DNA of 64,000 nt from a virus (IMGVR_UViG_3300033121_002078:30623-94622); one strand, 5' to 3'; counted from the first letter of the stretch, positions 1 to 10,232 are shown. Notes: generated from the letters alone by a model not told the origin. Translations and numbers: made by a program.

Positions 1-405
1 TGGCCTTATGACATTACTAAATTTACAAGAAAAGCTCCTAAACCAGTTTATGCTGATGCATTAAAACATCAAATTCTGTCATATGCTCGCATTAACCAAG
101 ACATACATTCTATGGAATCTTGTTTGGCTAGTGGTTTTCCTTTTGTATTCGGATTTACTGTATATTCTAGCTTCGATAGTATTGGCAAAGATGGAGTTAT
201 GACCATGCCCACAGAAAATGATAAAGATCAAGGAGGGCATGCAGTATGTGCTGTTGGCTATAAACGATCTGAAAAGGTATTCATTATAAGAAACTCTTGG
301 GGGCCAGACTGGGGCGACAATGGATACTTTTATATGCCATATGATTATATCAGCAATACTAATCTTGCAGAAGACTTTTGGACAGCAAGACTAATCGAAG
401 TTTAA
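1..405 (+). CDS. Papain-like cysteine protease (peptidase C1A), 5'-truncated
   Basis: Frame open from base 1; catalytic His/Asn motifs GGHAVCAVGY and IIRNSWGPDWGDNGYF. Confidence 0.9.
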   Translation, partial: WPYDITKFTRKAPKPVYADALKHQILSYARINQDIHSMESCLASGFPFVFGFTVYSSFDSIGKDGVMTMPTENDKDQGGHAVCAVGYKRSEKVFIIRNSWGPDWGDNGYFYMPYDYISNTNLAEDFWTARLIEV

Positions 406-926
406 TACTTATATTTATATTTAAGACCGCGACGTGTACCGTTAGTTTCGATCTTCTTTTCATCTGCGTAATTATATATTGTAATTACCGGATCATTCTT
501 TTGCTTTGGATATCTATTTCCGTACAAGGTTTGACGCCAATCAGGCTCTTTTCCTTGATATAGCGTATAATGATTAAACCACGCAACTCCACTTTTCTCT
601 TTGTATTCTGGAGCTATTCCCTGCATCGCTGTTCTAAACATGGGCATTACAAGAGACATTTGAAGGCGTTCTTGCTCAATCTTTTTCGTCATCGTTTTAG
701 TTGTTTCTACTATTTCCTCGTATACTTTTTCTGCTAAAGCTTGTTCTTTTTTGTCAAAATGCCAATATTCTGCTCCGCTGGTAGTACCTAACTGTGCTGC
801 TCCAATATGAAATACTACAGATATTTTGCCATCATCATGCTCTGTTAATGCAGCAAGAAGTTCATACATGTCCGTTTCGTAACGGTCACTGTCATCAATA
901 AAAGTCTCAAATCTCTTTTTAAGCAT
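402..926 (-). CDS. Hypothetical protein
   Basis: ORF track 402..941; ATG at 926 preferred because it follows the AGGG-N17-GAAT promoter motif. Confidence 0.6.
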   Translation of the reverse strand: MLKKRFETFIDDSDRYETDMYELLAALTEHDDGKISVVFHIGAAQLGTTSGAEYWHFDKKEQALAEKVYEEIVETTKTMTKKIEQERLQMSLVMPMFRTAMQGIAPEYKEKSGVAWFNHYTLYQGKEPDWRQTLYGNRYPKQKNDPVITIYNYADEKKIETNGTRRGLKYKYKY

Positions 927-935
927 AAATATTAT

Positions 936-960
936 ATTCAATAAATTCTCTAAATTCCCT
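936..960 (-). promoter_or_regulatory. Putative phage sigma promoter AGGG-N17-GAATAT
   Basis: Variant of the recurring AAAGGA-N17-(G/C)NATA motif; ATG 9 nt after GAAT. Confidence 0.5.
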
Positions 961-966
961 ACTCAC

Positions 967-1007
967 AAAAAAAACACCGTGACTGGTTTTTTATTCCAGC
1001 CACGGTG
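967..1007 (-). terminator. Rho-independent terminator after the tail chaperone genes
   Basis: Stem CACCGTGACTGG/CCAGCCACGGTG next to an A8 run (U-tract on the minus strand). Confidence 0.7.
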
Positions 1008-1073
1008 CCCAACCAACAGGAAAGTAGTTGTTGCACCTAAAACTTTACTATTCGAGCCTGGGGGAGAGCAATC

Positions 1074-1307
1074 TTAAAAAGAAACCATGTTTTTAGACGC
1101 AGTTGCAGAGAACTCCAGCTCTCTGTAGAAATTCTTAAAAGTAGTTGTTAAAACTAAACACGCCAAAAAGTCAGAAGAAGACAAAGACCTTACATATTCT
1201 AGTGTCCAACCAGTTTCTGTTACTATTGACATTTCAAGTATTATAGATGGGATTGTTGACTGCCGAACACCCTTAAGATAATTTTCGGCAGTCTTTATGA
1301 GTTTTTT
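1074..1307 (-). CDS. -1 frameshift extension of the tail assembly chaperone (gpGT-like C-terminal part)
   Basis: Open -1 frame KLIKTAENYLKG...ETGWTLEYVRSLS...MVSF* starting at the slippery A AAA AAC (1301-1307); absent from the ORF track. Confidence 0.8.
   Translation of the reverse strand, partial: KKLIKTAENYLKGVRQSTIPSIILEMSIVTETGWTLEYVRSLSSSDFLACLVLTTTFKNFYRELEFSATASKNMVSF
1258..1307 (-). promoter_or_regulatory. Programmed -1 ribosomal frameshift signal
   Basis: Heptamer A AAA AAC, 7-nt spacer, then a perfect 10-bp stem GACTGCCGAA/TTCGGCAGTC (1258-1293). Confidence 0.8.
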
Positions 1308-1744
1308 AGGTCATTCTCTTTTACTGATGTAATGGCCTCGTAGCCTTCCAAAAGTTCCTTAGCCACTATCGGATGCAATCTTCCTATTGTATCTCCGTCT
1401 AAAGGCACTAGCACATCTTTTTCCTTTAAATCCCATGTCTTCAAAAAAGTCCTTAATGTCATATCTTGCAACTTAAGAAAATCAATACGTGCATTAGGAG
1501 TTCCATCTGGCAATGTTTCGTACACAGTAGATTGGCGTAATAACATTTGCTGTTGAGACCAATCAGGAATAGACCATCCCGTATTTAGCACTTTAAGATT
1601 GGGATCGTTTTTGTGCTTTTCGTACATTTCCTTAGTATTTAAAAACTTGAAATTGCTAATAGTTATGTTGCCAAGTTGTTTTTGAAATTCAAGGTAGTAA
1701 TAGGTAATTGTAATAAAACGCTGGCCGTCTACCAATAAAGACAT
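1295..1744 (-). CDS. Tail assembly chaperone (gpG-like)
   Basis: Directly downstream of the tail tube gene; LKTWDL motif; ends in a slippery site. Confidence 0.75.
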   Translation of the reverse strand: MSLLVDGQRFITITYYYLEFQKQLGNITISNFKFLNTKEMYEKHKNDPNLKVLNTGWSIPDWSQQQMLLRQSTVYETLPDGTPNARIDFLKLQDMTLRTFLKTWDLKEKDVLVPLDGDTIGRLHPIVAKELLEGYEAITSVKENDLKNS

Positions 1745-1779
1745 AATCTATCTCCAATATATAACACATTATACAGAAC

Positions 1780-1809
1780 AAAAAAGGGGCATTGAGCCCC
1801 TCTTTTTTT
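1780..1809 (-). terminator. Terminator hairpin after the tail tube gene
   Basis: AAAAAAGGGGC-ATTGA-GCCCC-TCTTTTTTT. Confidence 0.65.
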
Positions 1810-1824
1810 ACGAGTTGTTTACAA

Positions 1825-3018
1825 TCAGGACCACACAGGAAATGAACTGTCCTGTTTATTGCTGAACTGATAATTATCATCATCAAGTGCCATACAGTGA
1901 TACTGTACTCTTGAAGTGAAAAGTTCGTTACTGTTTAATGCGGCCTCTTCTATCTCAAATATAGTTGCACCTAATTCTCGCCCAAAAATAGCATTAGCTG
2001 GCAAATCAGTTCCAATACCAGTCCAGTCTCTCTGACGGAAAATGTTACTTCCCTGGAATGTATCATCACCAACATAAAATGCGAATCTTAACTTGTTCTT
2101 TTCTGTAAATCGAGCACTATTGTTTTCTGCATGTCGTCTTAGATTATCGGAAATACCCATTAGTTCGATAGATCCGCTGACAGTACGTTTACCAGCATTG
2201 ATATCAACTGGAGTTAAAGATCCTTGAAAAGTGTAATAACGCTGTGCATTGTTTTCAATTCTTAAATCCCAACTTCTAATAAGGTTGGATGAAAACAGGA
2301 TTGCTCCTTCACCAACATCTGTGGCAGAGCATCCAGCGATTCCTGTAATACTGATATCACTCCATTGCAAAGTTCGGGCAGGAGAAAGATAATCGCTAAT
2401 ATTGGCTTCTTGTACATTGTTCGTTGTAGCCAATTCAGCCTGTGAACTACCCAAAGGAGTGCGTCCTTGAGCAATAATATCCAATTCTGCACTAAGCAAA
2501 TCGCCTTGAGCACAATTGAAAGTGAGACTATTAACAACACAGTTGTTATATCTAAATGCGGCATGATTTGCCAGTCTCACATCGGCATTAACATCATCAT
2601 ATGCAATTCTTCCTTGAGGGTCGCGAGTAGTTGACCAGCACCAGATAAGATTTAAAAGTTTTGCTGCTACAGAACTTGTACCTTGCAAATCAGATCCGGT
2701 TGGGCATGTACCTGCTGCCAATGTATCAGCCACAATGGGCATTGTTATTGGGCCACCAACTTCAAGTGGCAATACTCTATAAACAGTTCCGTCAATTCGC
2801 CCATCAATAACGTCAACTTTTTCAATTGGCTGTCTGGCAACTATTCCGCAGCTATTAACACGCAAAATTTGATTTAATACACCTGCTATTTTTTGACTTA
2901 AAAGGGCACTATCTAATTTCATAAAACCAACATAAGACATGTTGGCAAAAGCACGTGTAGGCGTGGATAAAGCAGGTGAATAATTAGTTACGCAACAATT
3001 AGAGCAAGAAGTAGGCAC
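1825..3018 (-). CDS. Major tail tube protein
   Basis: Tube-like motifs (CVVNSLTFNC, SWDLRIENN, GKRTVSGSI); GTG start with AGGAG SD; upstream of the frameshifting chaperone. Confidence 0.75.
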   Translation of the reverse strand: MPTSCSNCCVTNYSPALSTPTRAFANMSYVGFMKLDSALLSQKIAGVLNQILRVNSCGIVARQPIEKVDVIDGRIDGTVYRVLPLEVGGPITMPIVADTLAAGTCPTGSDLQGTSSVAAKLLNLIWCWSTTRDPQGRIAYDDVNADVRLANHAAFRYNNCVVNSLTFNCAQGDLLSAELDIIAQGRTPLGSSQAELATTNNVQEANISDYLSPARTLQWSDISITGIAGCSATDVGEGAILFSSNLIRSWDLRIENNAQRYYTFQGSLTPVDINAGKRTVSGSIELMGISDNLRRHAENNSARFTEKNKLRFAFYVGDDTFQGSNIFRQRDWTGIGTDLPANAIFGRELGATIFEIEEAALNSNELFTSRVQYHCMALDDDNYQFSNKQDSSFPVWS

Positions 3019-3037
3019 TTACAATTCTCCTATAGCA

Positions 3038-3430
3038 TTAGCCACTAATATTGTCATGAGTACCATCGGTTCCATCAGTAATGGTGAAACCGGCTTGGGC
3101 AGATAAATCCGCAAAACTTTGTGGCACTTTAATGCCATTATCGAATAACCATTCATTTATGTCAGTATAGCCTGCTGCTTTAGCTAGCACATGACGTTGC
3201 AAAGCCGATACAGCAGATATGACAGGTGATGGTGCTCCAAAAGACGTTACAGTAGCTTGATAGGCAGCATAAAAAGGATTTAACAACTGTAATTCTGGAT
3301 CGAAGCTTTGTATTGTCAAGATATCGTAAGCAGCATCATAAAAGTGTTGATCTACATTATCGAGCTGATCCATTCCAGCTCCATAAGCATGAGCGACTTG
3401 AGAATATACGATTGGGTCTATTACTGCCAT
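3038..3430 (-). CDS. Putative virion protein; shares a helical module with 46667..48442 and 48439..52716
   Basis: SALQRHV...INEWLFDNGIKVPQSFADLS motif; GGAG SD. Confidence 0.55.
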   Translation of the reverse strand: MAVIDPIVYSQVAHAYGAGMDQLDNVDQHFYDAAYDILTIQSFDPELQLLNPFYAAYQATVTSFGAPSPVISAVSALQRHVLAKAAGYTDINEWLFDNGIKVPQSFADLSAQAGFTITDGTDGTHDNISG

Positions 3431-3439
3431 TTTAATCTC

Positions 3440-4642
3440 CTAAGCTAGATGTATAATAGGGTCTTTTTTCACAACTTCCTTTATCATATCTACAAATTTT
3501 TGTAGAAAATTCTTATTACTCAATTTGTTCGCAATCTTAATACAACTAGTTCTAAATGTGTTTATTGCATCAGAATTAAGTGATAGTGCCGTTTTTAGGG
3601 CAGTTATAGCTGAACCTCTAATTGGCATATAAAAAATCTTGTTATTTCCAACATAAACAACCTGCACATCCATTCCGGTATTTGCCAATATAGGCAGATC
3701 GACTTTTAAGGAATTTATAACCTCGACATCGCACAAGCTTTTTGGATAAACGGGGACACATCCACAAGCTAATGCCTCAAAAATGCTTATTGAGGTTGAA
3801 GAACAAATAGATCCCGTTAAAAACACATCTGAATCATTTAATTTTTTGGCATACTCTTGATCGGACAATCCAGAAGATTGTGAAATTGGAACAGTTGGCA
3901 ACTTGGTATAGGCTGTATTAATAAACTGTGGAAGATCGTACAATCCATCCGTTTCTGTGTGTAAATACAAACTTGTACCTGCCTGAACTCTTGTGCCAGA
4001 CCCTGTACCGGCCACAAAATTTGCTATTAATGGTGGGCTGTCTTTAAAATTGTTTGAGCAACGCGAAAAGATTCTTTTTGCAATTGACTTATTGGTCTGT
4101 TTGAAAACATCCAAATCGCATCCAACATAACAATAATCAGAAGTTACACTTGATACTTGTTGGAAATTGGTTAACGTATATGCATTAGTACACAAGCAGC
4201 CATCTATCTTTTTTGCCAAAGTTTTGTAATCTGTGCTAAATGTTGCACTATTGTTTGCTAATACAGCAAACCACTTAAAACTGGATGTTGCAAAAGTCAA
4301 AATGGCATCCATAAAATAAAAATCTTCTATTGGTCCTATAGTCACAACCACATCGGGTTGCAATGCTTTAAGATATTCATAAATCTGTATCGTTGATGAT
4401 TTCGGGTCTGATGAATATGGAAAAACGGGCACTTTATATTCTTTATCTGTTGTAAAATTGTAAAAATAGGTTTTGTTATTATCACTTGTTTGTTCTGGAA
4501 AATACAAAAACGAATCATGACTGCTTACTAGAGATGCACACTGATAATCTGCAGAACTAGCCAAACACTTAATGATATAACTGTGCAGTCTTCCCATTGA
4601 ATTTAGAACATAAGGACTAGTACCAATTGTTATTATTCGCAT
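3440..4642 (-). CDS. Glycosyltransferase, GT-B/GT4-like
   Basis: QPDVVVT, GCDLDVFK, LNDSDVFL...SISIFEALACGCVPV. Confidence 0.75.
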   Translation of the reverse strand: MRIITIGTSPYVLNSMGRLHSYIIKCLASSADYQCASLVSSHDSFLYFPEQTSDNNKTYFYNFTTDKEYKVPVFPYSSDPKSSTIQIYEYLKALQPDVVVTIGPIEDFYFMDAILTFATSSFKWFAVLANNSATFSTDYKTLAKKIDGCLCTNAYTLTNFQQVSSVTSDYCYVGCDLDVFKQTNKSIAKRIFSRCSNNFKDSPPLIANFVAGTGSGTRVQAGTSLYLHTETDGLYDLPQFINTAYTKLPTVPISQSSGLSDQEYAKKLNDSDVFLTGSICSSTSISIFEALACGCVPVYPKSLCDVEVINSLKVDLPILANTGMDVQVVYVGNNKIFYMPIRGSAITALKTALSLNSDAINTFRTSCIKIANKLSNKNFLQKFVDMIKEVVKKDPIIHLA

Positions 4643-6296
4643 TTTTTATCCTTTTAAACCAGGTTATGGCTTTTTTATAAATATCTAATTCACCTGAAGT
4701 TAGCATATTTTTTGCTATTTCTTGTGCCTGTTCTTTCGAAAGATTTGGGTTTTCGTCTTGTACTTCTCTGATACGTTCTTTGATTACTTCGATATATCCA
4801 ATTTGCCCTTTTGGTGGTGCTGCTGGCAATCCTATTAAGTCCATGATTTCTTTGCCATTAAGCAGGTCTTGTGATTTTGCCATATTTTGAGTAGGGGATA
4901 ATAATTTAATTCTGTCAATGTTTTGTCGATAAGGATTGGTTACAGAAACATCTGGTGTTTTGCTTTTGCTCATAGCATCTGCCATAGCATGTATATACTG
5001 AAAAACCCAATTGGGATTCTTTCTTACATATCTTCTTAGAGTTTTGTCTGATATATCAGGTCCATCTTCTTCTATGTGACTATGAGGACGCATATGACCT
5101 GCTATTAGCTCTCCGATTGATTGGGTTTCTTCATTATTTAATTGAAGTGCTTTTGAAAAAATCTTCCAAAAATCAGCACTTGATTGTTCGTGTGGAATTG
5201 CAGATGGATTATTTGGGTCTCCTGAATAACCACGTGTACCATCTGGCTTGTTTTTGTGAGAACGTGGGTCTAATTTTCCTAAATCATGAAATAGAGCAGC
5301 AAAATTCATTTTTGCTCTTTCTTCATCTGTAAGCCCATACTCCTTCGACAAATTATTTACATTCTTAAGTACTTCAAGTGTATGTTCTATAACTGTCAAT
5401 TGGTGCCACTTGTTTCTTTGATCCATGTTTAACGGATTAAAACTTGCTGGCAAATTAAGCATCTTACCAAGCAATCCGGTTTCATACATTACTTGAAGTG
5501 CTTTTTCTGGCTGTGTACCGCTCATCAGTTTTCTAAATTCTTCTGCAGTACGCTCCACAACTATGCCTTCTGGATCGTTTGCATTTATTATTTTTCTTGT
5601 TAATTGGTGTTGTACTCCAGGGTCTTTAATTGCTTCTATAACTTCGGGAGATATTGTGGAATTTGCATATCGTGAATAAAAACGAAAAACTCGTAAAACT
5701 CTCAACGGATCATCTTGAAATGTTTTGATTGGATCTAATGGAGTTCTAAGTGTCATGCTCTTAAGGTCACTAAGACCTTTGCCTGTGTGGTCTTCAACTT
5801 GTTTAGTGTTTATGTTGTAAAATAAGGCATTTAATGTCAGATCTCTTCTGTAAGCATCCTCTTGCGGAGTTGCCATTGTAACAATGGGGTTCCTGTTCCC
5901 TGGTGTGTAAACCTCTTTTCTTAGGCTTAGCAAATCAACCTTTTGCCCATAAATATTTAAAAATGACACTTCAAGATTCTTTATTTGTTCTGGTCTGGCA
6001 TCAGTAGTAGTAATTCTGCCGACTGCCCCTACATTGTTTTGTTTATCATACAGAGAAATAAATTCACCAAATTGTTTTCCGGTCATATTGTCAACAGAAA
6101 CATCCAAATCTTTTGATTGCTTATTAAGAATTTTATCTCTAACCCATCCACCGCAAATACGAGCTGTTGTTTCTGAGTATTTTCCGTTTGACAGTTGTGG
6201 GATAGACTTACACACTTGCAAAATTAAAGAGGTTATTTTTTCTTCTAACTCGTCAAGAGGAATATTGATACTTGAAAAAATCCACATCATTTTCAC
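4617..6296 (-). CDS. cca: tRNA nucleotidyltransferase (CCA-adding/poly(A) polymerase family) with HD domain
   Basis: CGGWVRD, DLD, EDAYRRDLTLNAL, DDPLRVLR; HD domain ALFHDLGK. Confidence 0.88.
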   Translation of the reverse strand: MKMMWIFSSINIPLDELEEKITSLILQVCKSIPQLSNGKYSETTARICGGWVRDKILNKQSKDLDVSVDNMTGKQFGEFISLYDKQNNVGAVGRITTTDARPEQIKNLEVSFLNIYGQKVDLLSLRKEVYTPGNRNPIVTMATPQEDAYRRDLTLNALFYNINTKQVEDHTGKGLSDLKSMTLRTPLDPIKTFQDDPLRVLRVFRFYSRYANSTISPEVIEAIKDPGVQHQLTRKIINANDPEGIVVERTAEEFRKLMSGTQPEKALQVMYETGLLGKMLNLPASFNPLNMDQRNKWHQLTVIEHTLEVLKNVNNLSKEYGLTDEERAKMNFAALFHDLGKLDPRSHKNKPDGTRGYSGDPNNPSAIPHEQSSADFWKIFSKALQLNNEETQSIGELIAGHMRPHSHIEEDGPDISDKTLRRYVRKNPNWVFQYIHAMADAMSKSKTPDVSVTNPYRQNIDRIKLLSPTQNMAKSQDLLNGKEIMDLIGLPAAPPKGQIGYIEVIKERIREVQDENPNLSKEQAQEIAKNMLTSGELDIYKKAITWFKRIKNANNNNWY

Positions 6297-7183
6297 CTAT
6301 TTAATGGCAAGAAGAATGGGTCTGGTATCAAAACCTCTTCTTTAGCAAAATAAGAAAGTCTGGAACATGCCAAAGTACATTCTTTTACTACAGTTCCAAG
6401 TTCTATTTCTGTAACCCTGCTATCGTAAAAATGTCTTGTGGGGAATATTACATCATCACCAACATGAAAAGCGTTTCCTATAGGATTTACCAATTCAATT
6501 GTTTGGTTATCAGTGAGATATCTCCTTGGCTTTGCATGGGATGTAAATTGATAATTTTCCAACCAAAACCAGGCAAACTGCTGAAGAAGTGTACTATCAG
6601 CAACCTTGATAAGCGTATCTGTTTCTGAAACATCTTCTACTAGTGTAGTCATTTTATATGACACAAGAGGATACATTGTCTTAAACAACGTATCACTTAT
6701 ATCAGTTGCCAATTTCAGCATATATGCATAATTTCTTTCGTAAAAACTGGTCTCTGTATACACAGAAATATCTATTCTGAATTCTCTACCTAAACTGTTC
6801 AGAGTTATCCAGTCATTACTAACGCTACCAAGAGCCACTGTAATTGCAGGAAACACGGGTATTACTGCAGGATCGCCTATATAAACTCCGCCTTTAAACC
6901 ATTGATCGTTAATTAATACCTGCACGTTATCGCCTACAGGGTGTGCTCGTGACAGTGGATTTTCTAATAGAAGCGTGCGATAATCGGTTGCCATTACAAC
7001 AGTAGCAATTTCTCCCGTAGTTGAACCGGAGGAATAGATTACAATCTTATCTCCGCAATTAAAACGTTTAGCACTTTGAACAGTAATAGTTGTTGCACCC
7101 TGATTGGCGACTACAGCCAAGGGCTGGATATTGATAACGCGACGTTCGATAACTTTCTTTATGGCTTGTAATACAGGTAACAT
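6293..7183 (-). CDS. Putative tail completion/neck structural protein
   Basis: GDPAVIPVFPAITV and IDISVY resemble tail terminator proteins; tail gene neighbourhood. Confidence 0.45.
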   Translation of the reverse strand: MLPVLQAIKKVIERRVINIQPLAVVANQGATTITVQSAKRFNCGDKIVIYSSGSTTGEIATVVMATDYRTLLLENPLSRAHPVGDNVQVLINDQWFKGGVYIGDPAVIPVFPAITVALGSVSNDWITLNSLGREFRIDISVYTETSFYERNYAYMLKLATDISDTLFKTMYPLVSYKMTTLVEDVSETDTLIKVADSTLLQQFAWFWLENYQFTSHAKPRRYLTDNQTIELVNPIGNAFHVGDDVIFPTRHFYDSRVTEIELGTVVKECTLACSRLSYFAKEEVLIPDPFFLPLNR

Positions 7184-7251
7184 TATTTAATATGCCGAAA
7201 AATTGCACAAAATCTTGCATCATAATGGTTTTTATCTGAAACTTTAGCATT

Positions 7252-7743
7252 ATGACGGCAATTACAAAAAAAGACGTTCACAAAGCTGTAGCACTATTTA
7301 AGAGAAAAAATGTACACTTTAAATGGGTCAAAAGCCTAAAAGGTCTTTATGGTTGCATTACAAGGTACAGTCCCGACAGAAAATCTGTTTATTATCTAGT
7401 CGAAGCACAAAGTAGACTACCAAATTATATAAAAGTCGCTGTGCTCGCTCATGAACATGGACATTATTTGTGCGATATTAAAAAATGCCACTGTGGTGGA
7501 GTAAACGGGGTACTTTATTCAAACAAAAAAATTAGCAGTATTGCCATAACAGAAGCTCATGCATATATATATGAAATCTCTTATTTGATGGAAAATAAGT
7601 TGTGGAAATCGTTAAAATGGGCAATGGATGTTTTTAGTTCAATAAACTGGAACACGGACATTGCCGTGCTTTCCAAGCATGTCAAAAGTTCAGCAGCCTA
7701 TAAAAAAGCAAAAATAGCACTCAAGAAAGTACCACAGAAATAA
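7252..7743 (+). CDS. HExxH zinc metallopeptidase (ImmA/IrrE-like)
   Basis: VLAHEHGHY with downstream EAHAY. Confidence 0.6.
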   Translation: MTAITKKDVHKAVALFKRKNVHFKWVKSLKGLYGCITRYSPDRKSVYYLVEAQSRLPNYIKVAVLAHEHGHYLCDIKKCHCGGVNGVLYSNKKISSIAITEAHAYIYEISYLMENKLWKSLKWAMDVFSSINWNTDIAVLSKHVKSSAAYKKAKIALKKVPQK

Positions 7744-7744
7744 A

Positions 7745-8464
7745 ATGAATGATATCGAAATTTTTGATCACATATCAATAATAAAAAACAAAACAAACAA
7801 TAGTCAACAAAAAGAAAAATCATTTAGGGTAATCAGTCAATATGTACTAGATCTGGTAATATGGATATCTAAAAACTATGGCGTCAAAGGATATTCCAGA
7901 GAAGACATAAAAAGTGAATGTTATTTGGTTCTTTGGAACGAAATAATTCCAACATTTGATCTTGAAAAAAATGTACCCTTCAGAATTTTTTCTTCTATTC
8001 TAATGAAGAGGCGTATGTTTTCTCTAATCCAGGCTTCTAGGCGACAAAAAAGGTATAGCCTGAATTCTGTTTCTTTATATTCAAAATGCTACAATAAACA
8101 CAACGAGCTGTATGGGGATTATTTAAATAGTGACTGGAGAAACCCGTCAAATGAAGAACTCATCAATCAAATAGAAAATGTTAAATGTGTTCAACCTGAA
8201 AAAATAGTAGAACAAAAAGAATCGTATGAAAAGTGCTTAAATAAGCTGTCTTCTATTCTATCAAAAACAGAAGCTGAAACATTATTAACCGTAACCGATG
8301 ATACCTCCTATAAAGAAATAGGAGAAAAATATAACCTCTCTATTAAAACAGTAGACAATGCAAGACAAAGAATTGCAGAAAAAGGCAAAGTTCTTCTTGC
8401 TTGTCCCAGAATATCCAAGATAAAAATTAAGAAGACCAGAAAGCACAAAGGACAGAATTTATGA
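7745..8464 (+). CDS. RNA polymerase sigma factor, SigH-like
   Basis: Region 2 SREDIKSE...FDLEKNVPFRIF...ASRRQKR..LN; region 4 SYKEIGEKYNLSIKTVDNARQRI. Confidence 0.85.
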   Translation: MNDIEIFDHISIIKNKTNNSQQKEKSFRVISQYVLDLVIWISKNYGVKGYSREDIKSECYLVLWNEIIPTFDLEKNVPFRIFSSILMKRRMFSLIQASRRQKRYSLNSVSLYSKCYNKHNELYGDYLNSDWRNPSNEELINQIENVKCVQPEKIVEQKESYEKCLNKLSSILSKTEAETLLTVTDDTSYKEIGEKYNLSIKTVDNARQRIAEKGKVLLACPRISKIKIKKTRKHKGQNL

Positions 8465-8750
8465 AACACGGCATAGAACTCTGTGTAGTATCTTTTTTCC
8501 CTGAACCCCAGGTAATAAAAAGAGATCCGTTTGGCATTGCTATGCTCATAGAACAATCTGACGTTGACAACTATGCCATTTTTTTTGTTGGCATTTAGTG
8601 ACGACAGTGATGAATTTGTTATCAAACGTGCCCAAGAAATTAGGGACAATGCAAATTTGAAATGAGTACAATTTTTTGGACACTAGCGTGGACTTTTCTG
8701 GTTGCAATAATTGTTGCAATCATCATTGGAAATGTAAAGGAAAATAACAA

Positions 8751-8981
8751 ATGAAAATACTTGGGCAAGTAGCTATTCATGTAGACAATGGTGGATACAC
8801 TTTTAAAATACAACAAGGAGATAACGACAAAGAATTATTAGCCCCACATATAATAATTGAAGACGGATATTACGGATATTCAAGTACACAACTTTCCTTA
8901 AACGAAAATGTTACTCCAAACACATTGAGAAAAATTGGAGAAATGTTTTTAGTAGCTGCAAATAAATTAGAAAATTCATAA
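8751..8981 (+). CDS. Hypothetical protein
   Basis: 76-aa ORF with AAGGA SD. Confidence 0.55.
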   Translation: MKILGQVAIHVDNGGYTFKIQQGDNDKELLAPHIIIEDGYYGYSSTQLSLNENVTPNTLRKIGEMFLVAANKLENS

Positions 8982-9256
8982 TGTTTTTATTATTTGCATA
9001 TAACGAATTTCCGTTAGGCGGCACAAAAGATCTTGTTGCCTGTTCTTCTTCTGCTGATGCACTTCTGTCAGAAATGCATCTGGATATGGATGGCAAATGG
9101 TATCATCTTCCTTGTACATCAGACGACAAAGAACATTATTTGTTCTGGCATATTTTCGACTCAGATAAGATGACCATAATAGCAGGATCAGAAGAAAGAG
9201 CAGAATTAATACGTTATTTGAATTCTTTCAAACCAAGAACTGTAGAATTACCTTAA
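8981..9256 (+). CDS. Hypothetical protein
   Basis: 91-aa ORF coupled to the upstream stop (TAATG). Confidence 0.55.
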   Translation: MFLLFAYNEFPLGGTKDLVACSSSADALLSEMHLDMDGKWYHLPCTSDDKEHYLFWHIFDSDKMTIIAGSEERAELIRYLNSFKPRTVELP

Positions 9257-9490
9257 AACATCATTTATTTTTGCTTGTATTTGTGCAATCAAATCTCTTT
9301 CGGCAGGAGAAAGATTTGAATTTTCAAGAGGAGAATTTTTTCTGAGCAAACTTTCAGAAAAAAGGTCGTAATTTCCACTTACAAATTTATTCCTTTTTCC
9401 ATCCCAAGTATAAGTAGAACCATCAATATTGCCAATGGCTTTTTCAAGCTTGTTAAATTTGTTTATAAGATCGTCTAAATTATCCGCCAT
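9248..9490 (-). CDS. Hypothetical protein
   Basis: 80-aa ORF overlapping the end of the upstream gene. Confidence 0.5.
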   Translation of the reverse strand: MADNLDDLINKFNKLEKAIGNIDGSTYTWDGKRNKFVSGNYDLFSESLLRKNSPLENSNLSPAERDLIAQIQAKINDVLR

Positions 9491-10232
9491 CTCGCTTTAG
9501 CTCCCTGTTATCATTCTTATTATCATGTGGAGGAAGACCGTATCTTGATACAAGATTGGTATTATAGAATCGATGTCCAATTCGCTCCTGCCCATGCAAA
9601 ATTGTAGTACCCTGCAAAATATCAGTTAATTGTCCAAAAGATAACATCCTCAATCTTTTTCCATAATCAGATTCACCTGGTGACTGATTACTGGAAAAGT
9701 ATTTGTCAAAAAAGTTACCTGCTGCAATTCTTGCTGCCATAAGAGCTAAAGCAGGATTGTATCCAACTTTAAGGACTCTGGTTGATTCGCTGTAAAACGG
9801 AACAGTTATATTTTCTTCAACTGTTAAAACGTTATCATCGCCAATTTCTGTAACATGCAATCTAACTTTAGTAGGCTGCGGTACGCTGGTTGACAAAATA
9901 ATTTCGTCCCCAGGGGCGGCAGATAATTCATCTGTAGTAACGATTTGGTTGGGAGTGCTGTATTCTGTACCTGCATCTACATCCAGAGTTGTTTCTTGCA
10001 ATGTAATCTTATGAAACGGAACTCTGTACATTTGAGACAGTCCAGAATCAATTTCGGCAGAAGCATATCGAATGTAATCCCAGACCAAAGTTTCGCTAAA
10101 GTTGTTAAAACTTAATCCATTTCCAATATTTATAAGGTCAACCTCAGTGCCGCTTTCAAGACTTGGAGCCCCAGTAGTTAATGACTGCTGCAATACTGAT
10201 TTGAAGTCGTTTAAATTACAATAATATGCCAA
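9480..10232 (-). CDS. Head-tail connector/neck protein (Mu gp36/DUF1320-like)
   Basis: MAYYCNLNDF...IRYASAEIDSGLSQMYRVPF pattern; TTG start with GAGG SD. Confidence 0.6.
   Translation of the reverse strand: MAYYCNLNDFKSVLQQSLTTGAPSLESGTEVDLINIGNGLSFNNFSETLVWDYIRYASAEIDSGLSQMYRVPFHKITLQETTLDVDAGTEYSTPNQIVTTDELSAAPGDEIILSTSVPQPTKVRLHVTEIGDDNVLTVEENITVPFYSESTRVLKVGYNPALALMAARIAAGNFFDKYFSSNQSPGESDYGKRLRMLSFGQLTDILQGTTILHGQERIGHRFYNTNLVSRYGLPPHDNKNDNRELKRDGG

Noticed and set aside
8461-8665. Small ORF possibly broken in a T8 run near 8579-8586 (phase variation)
   Set aside because: Too short, with no recognisable homology; could be chance or a homopolymer error
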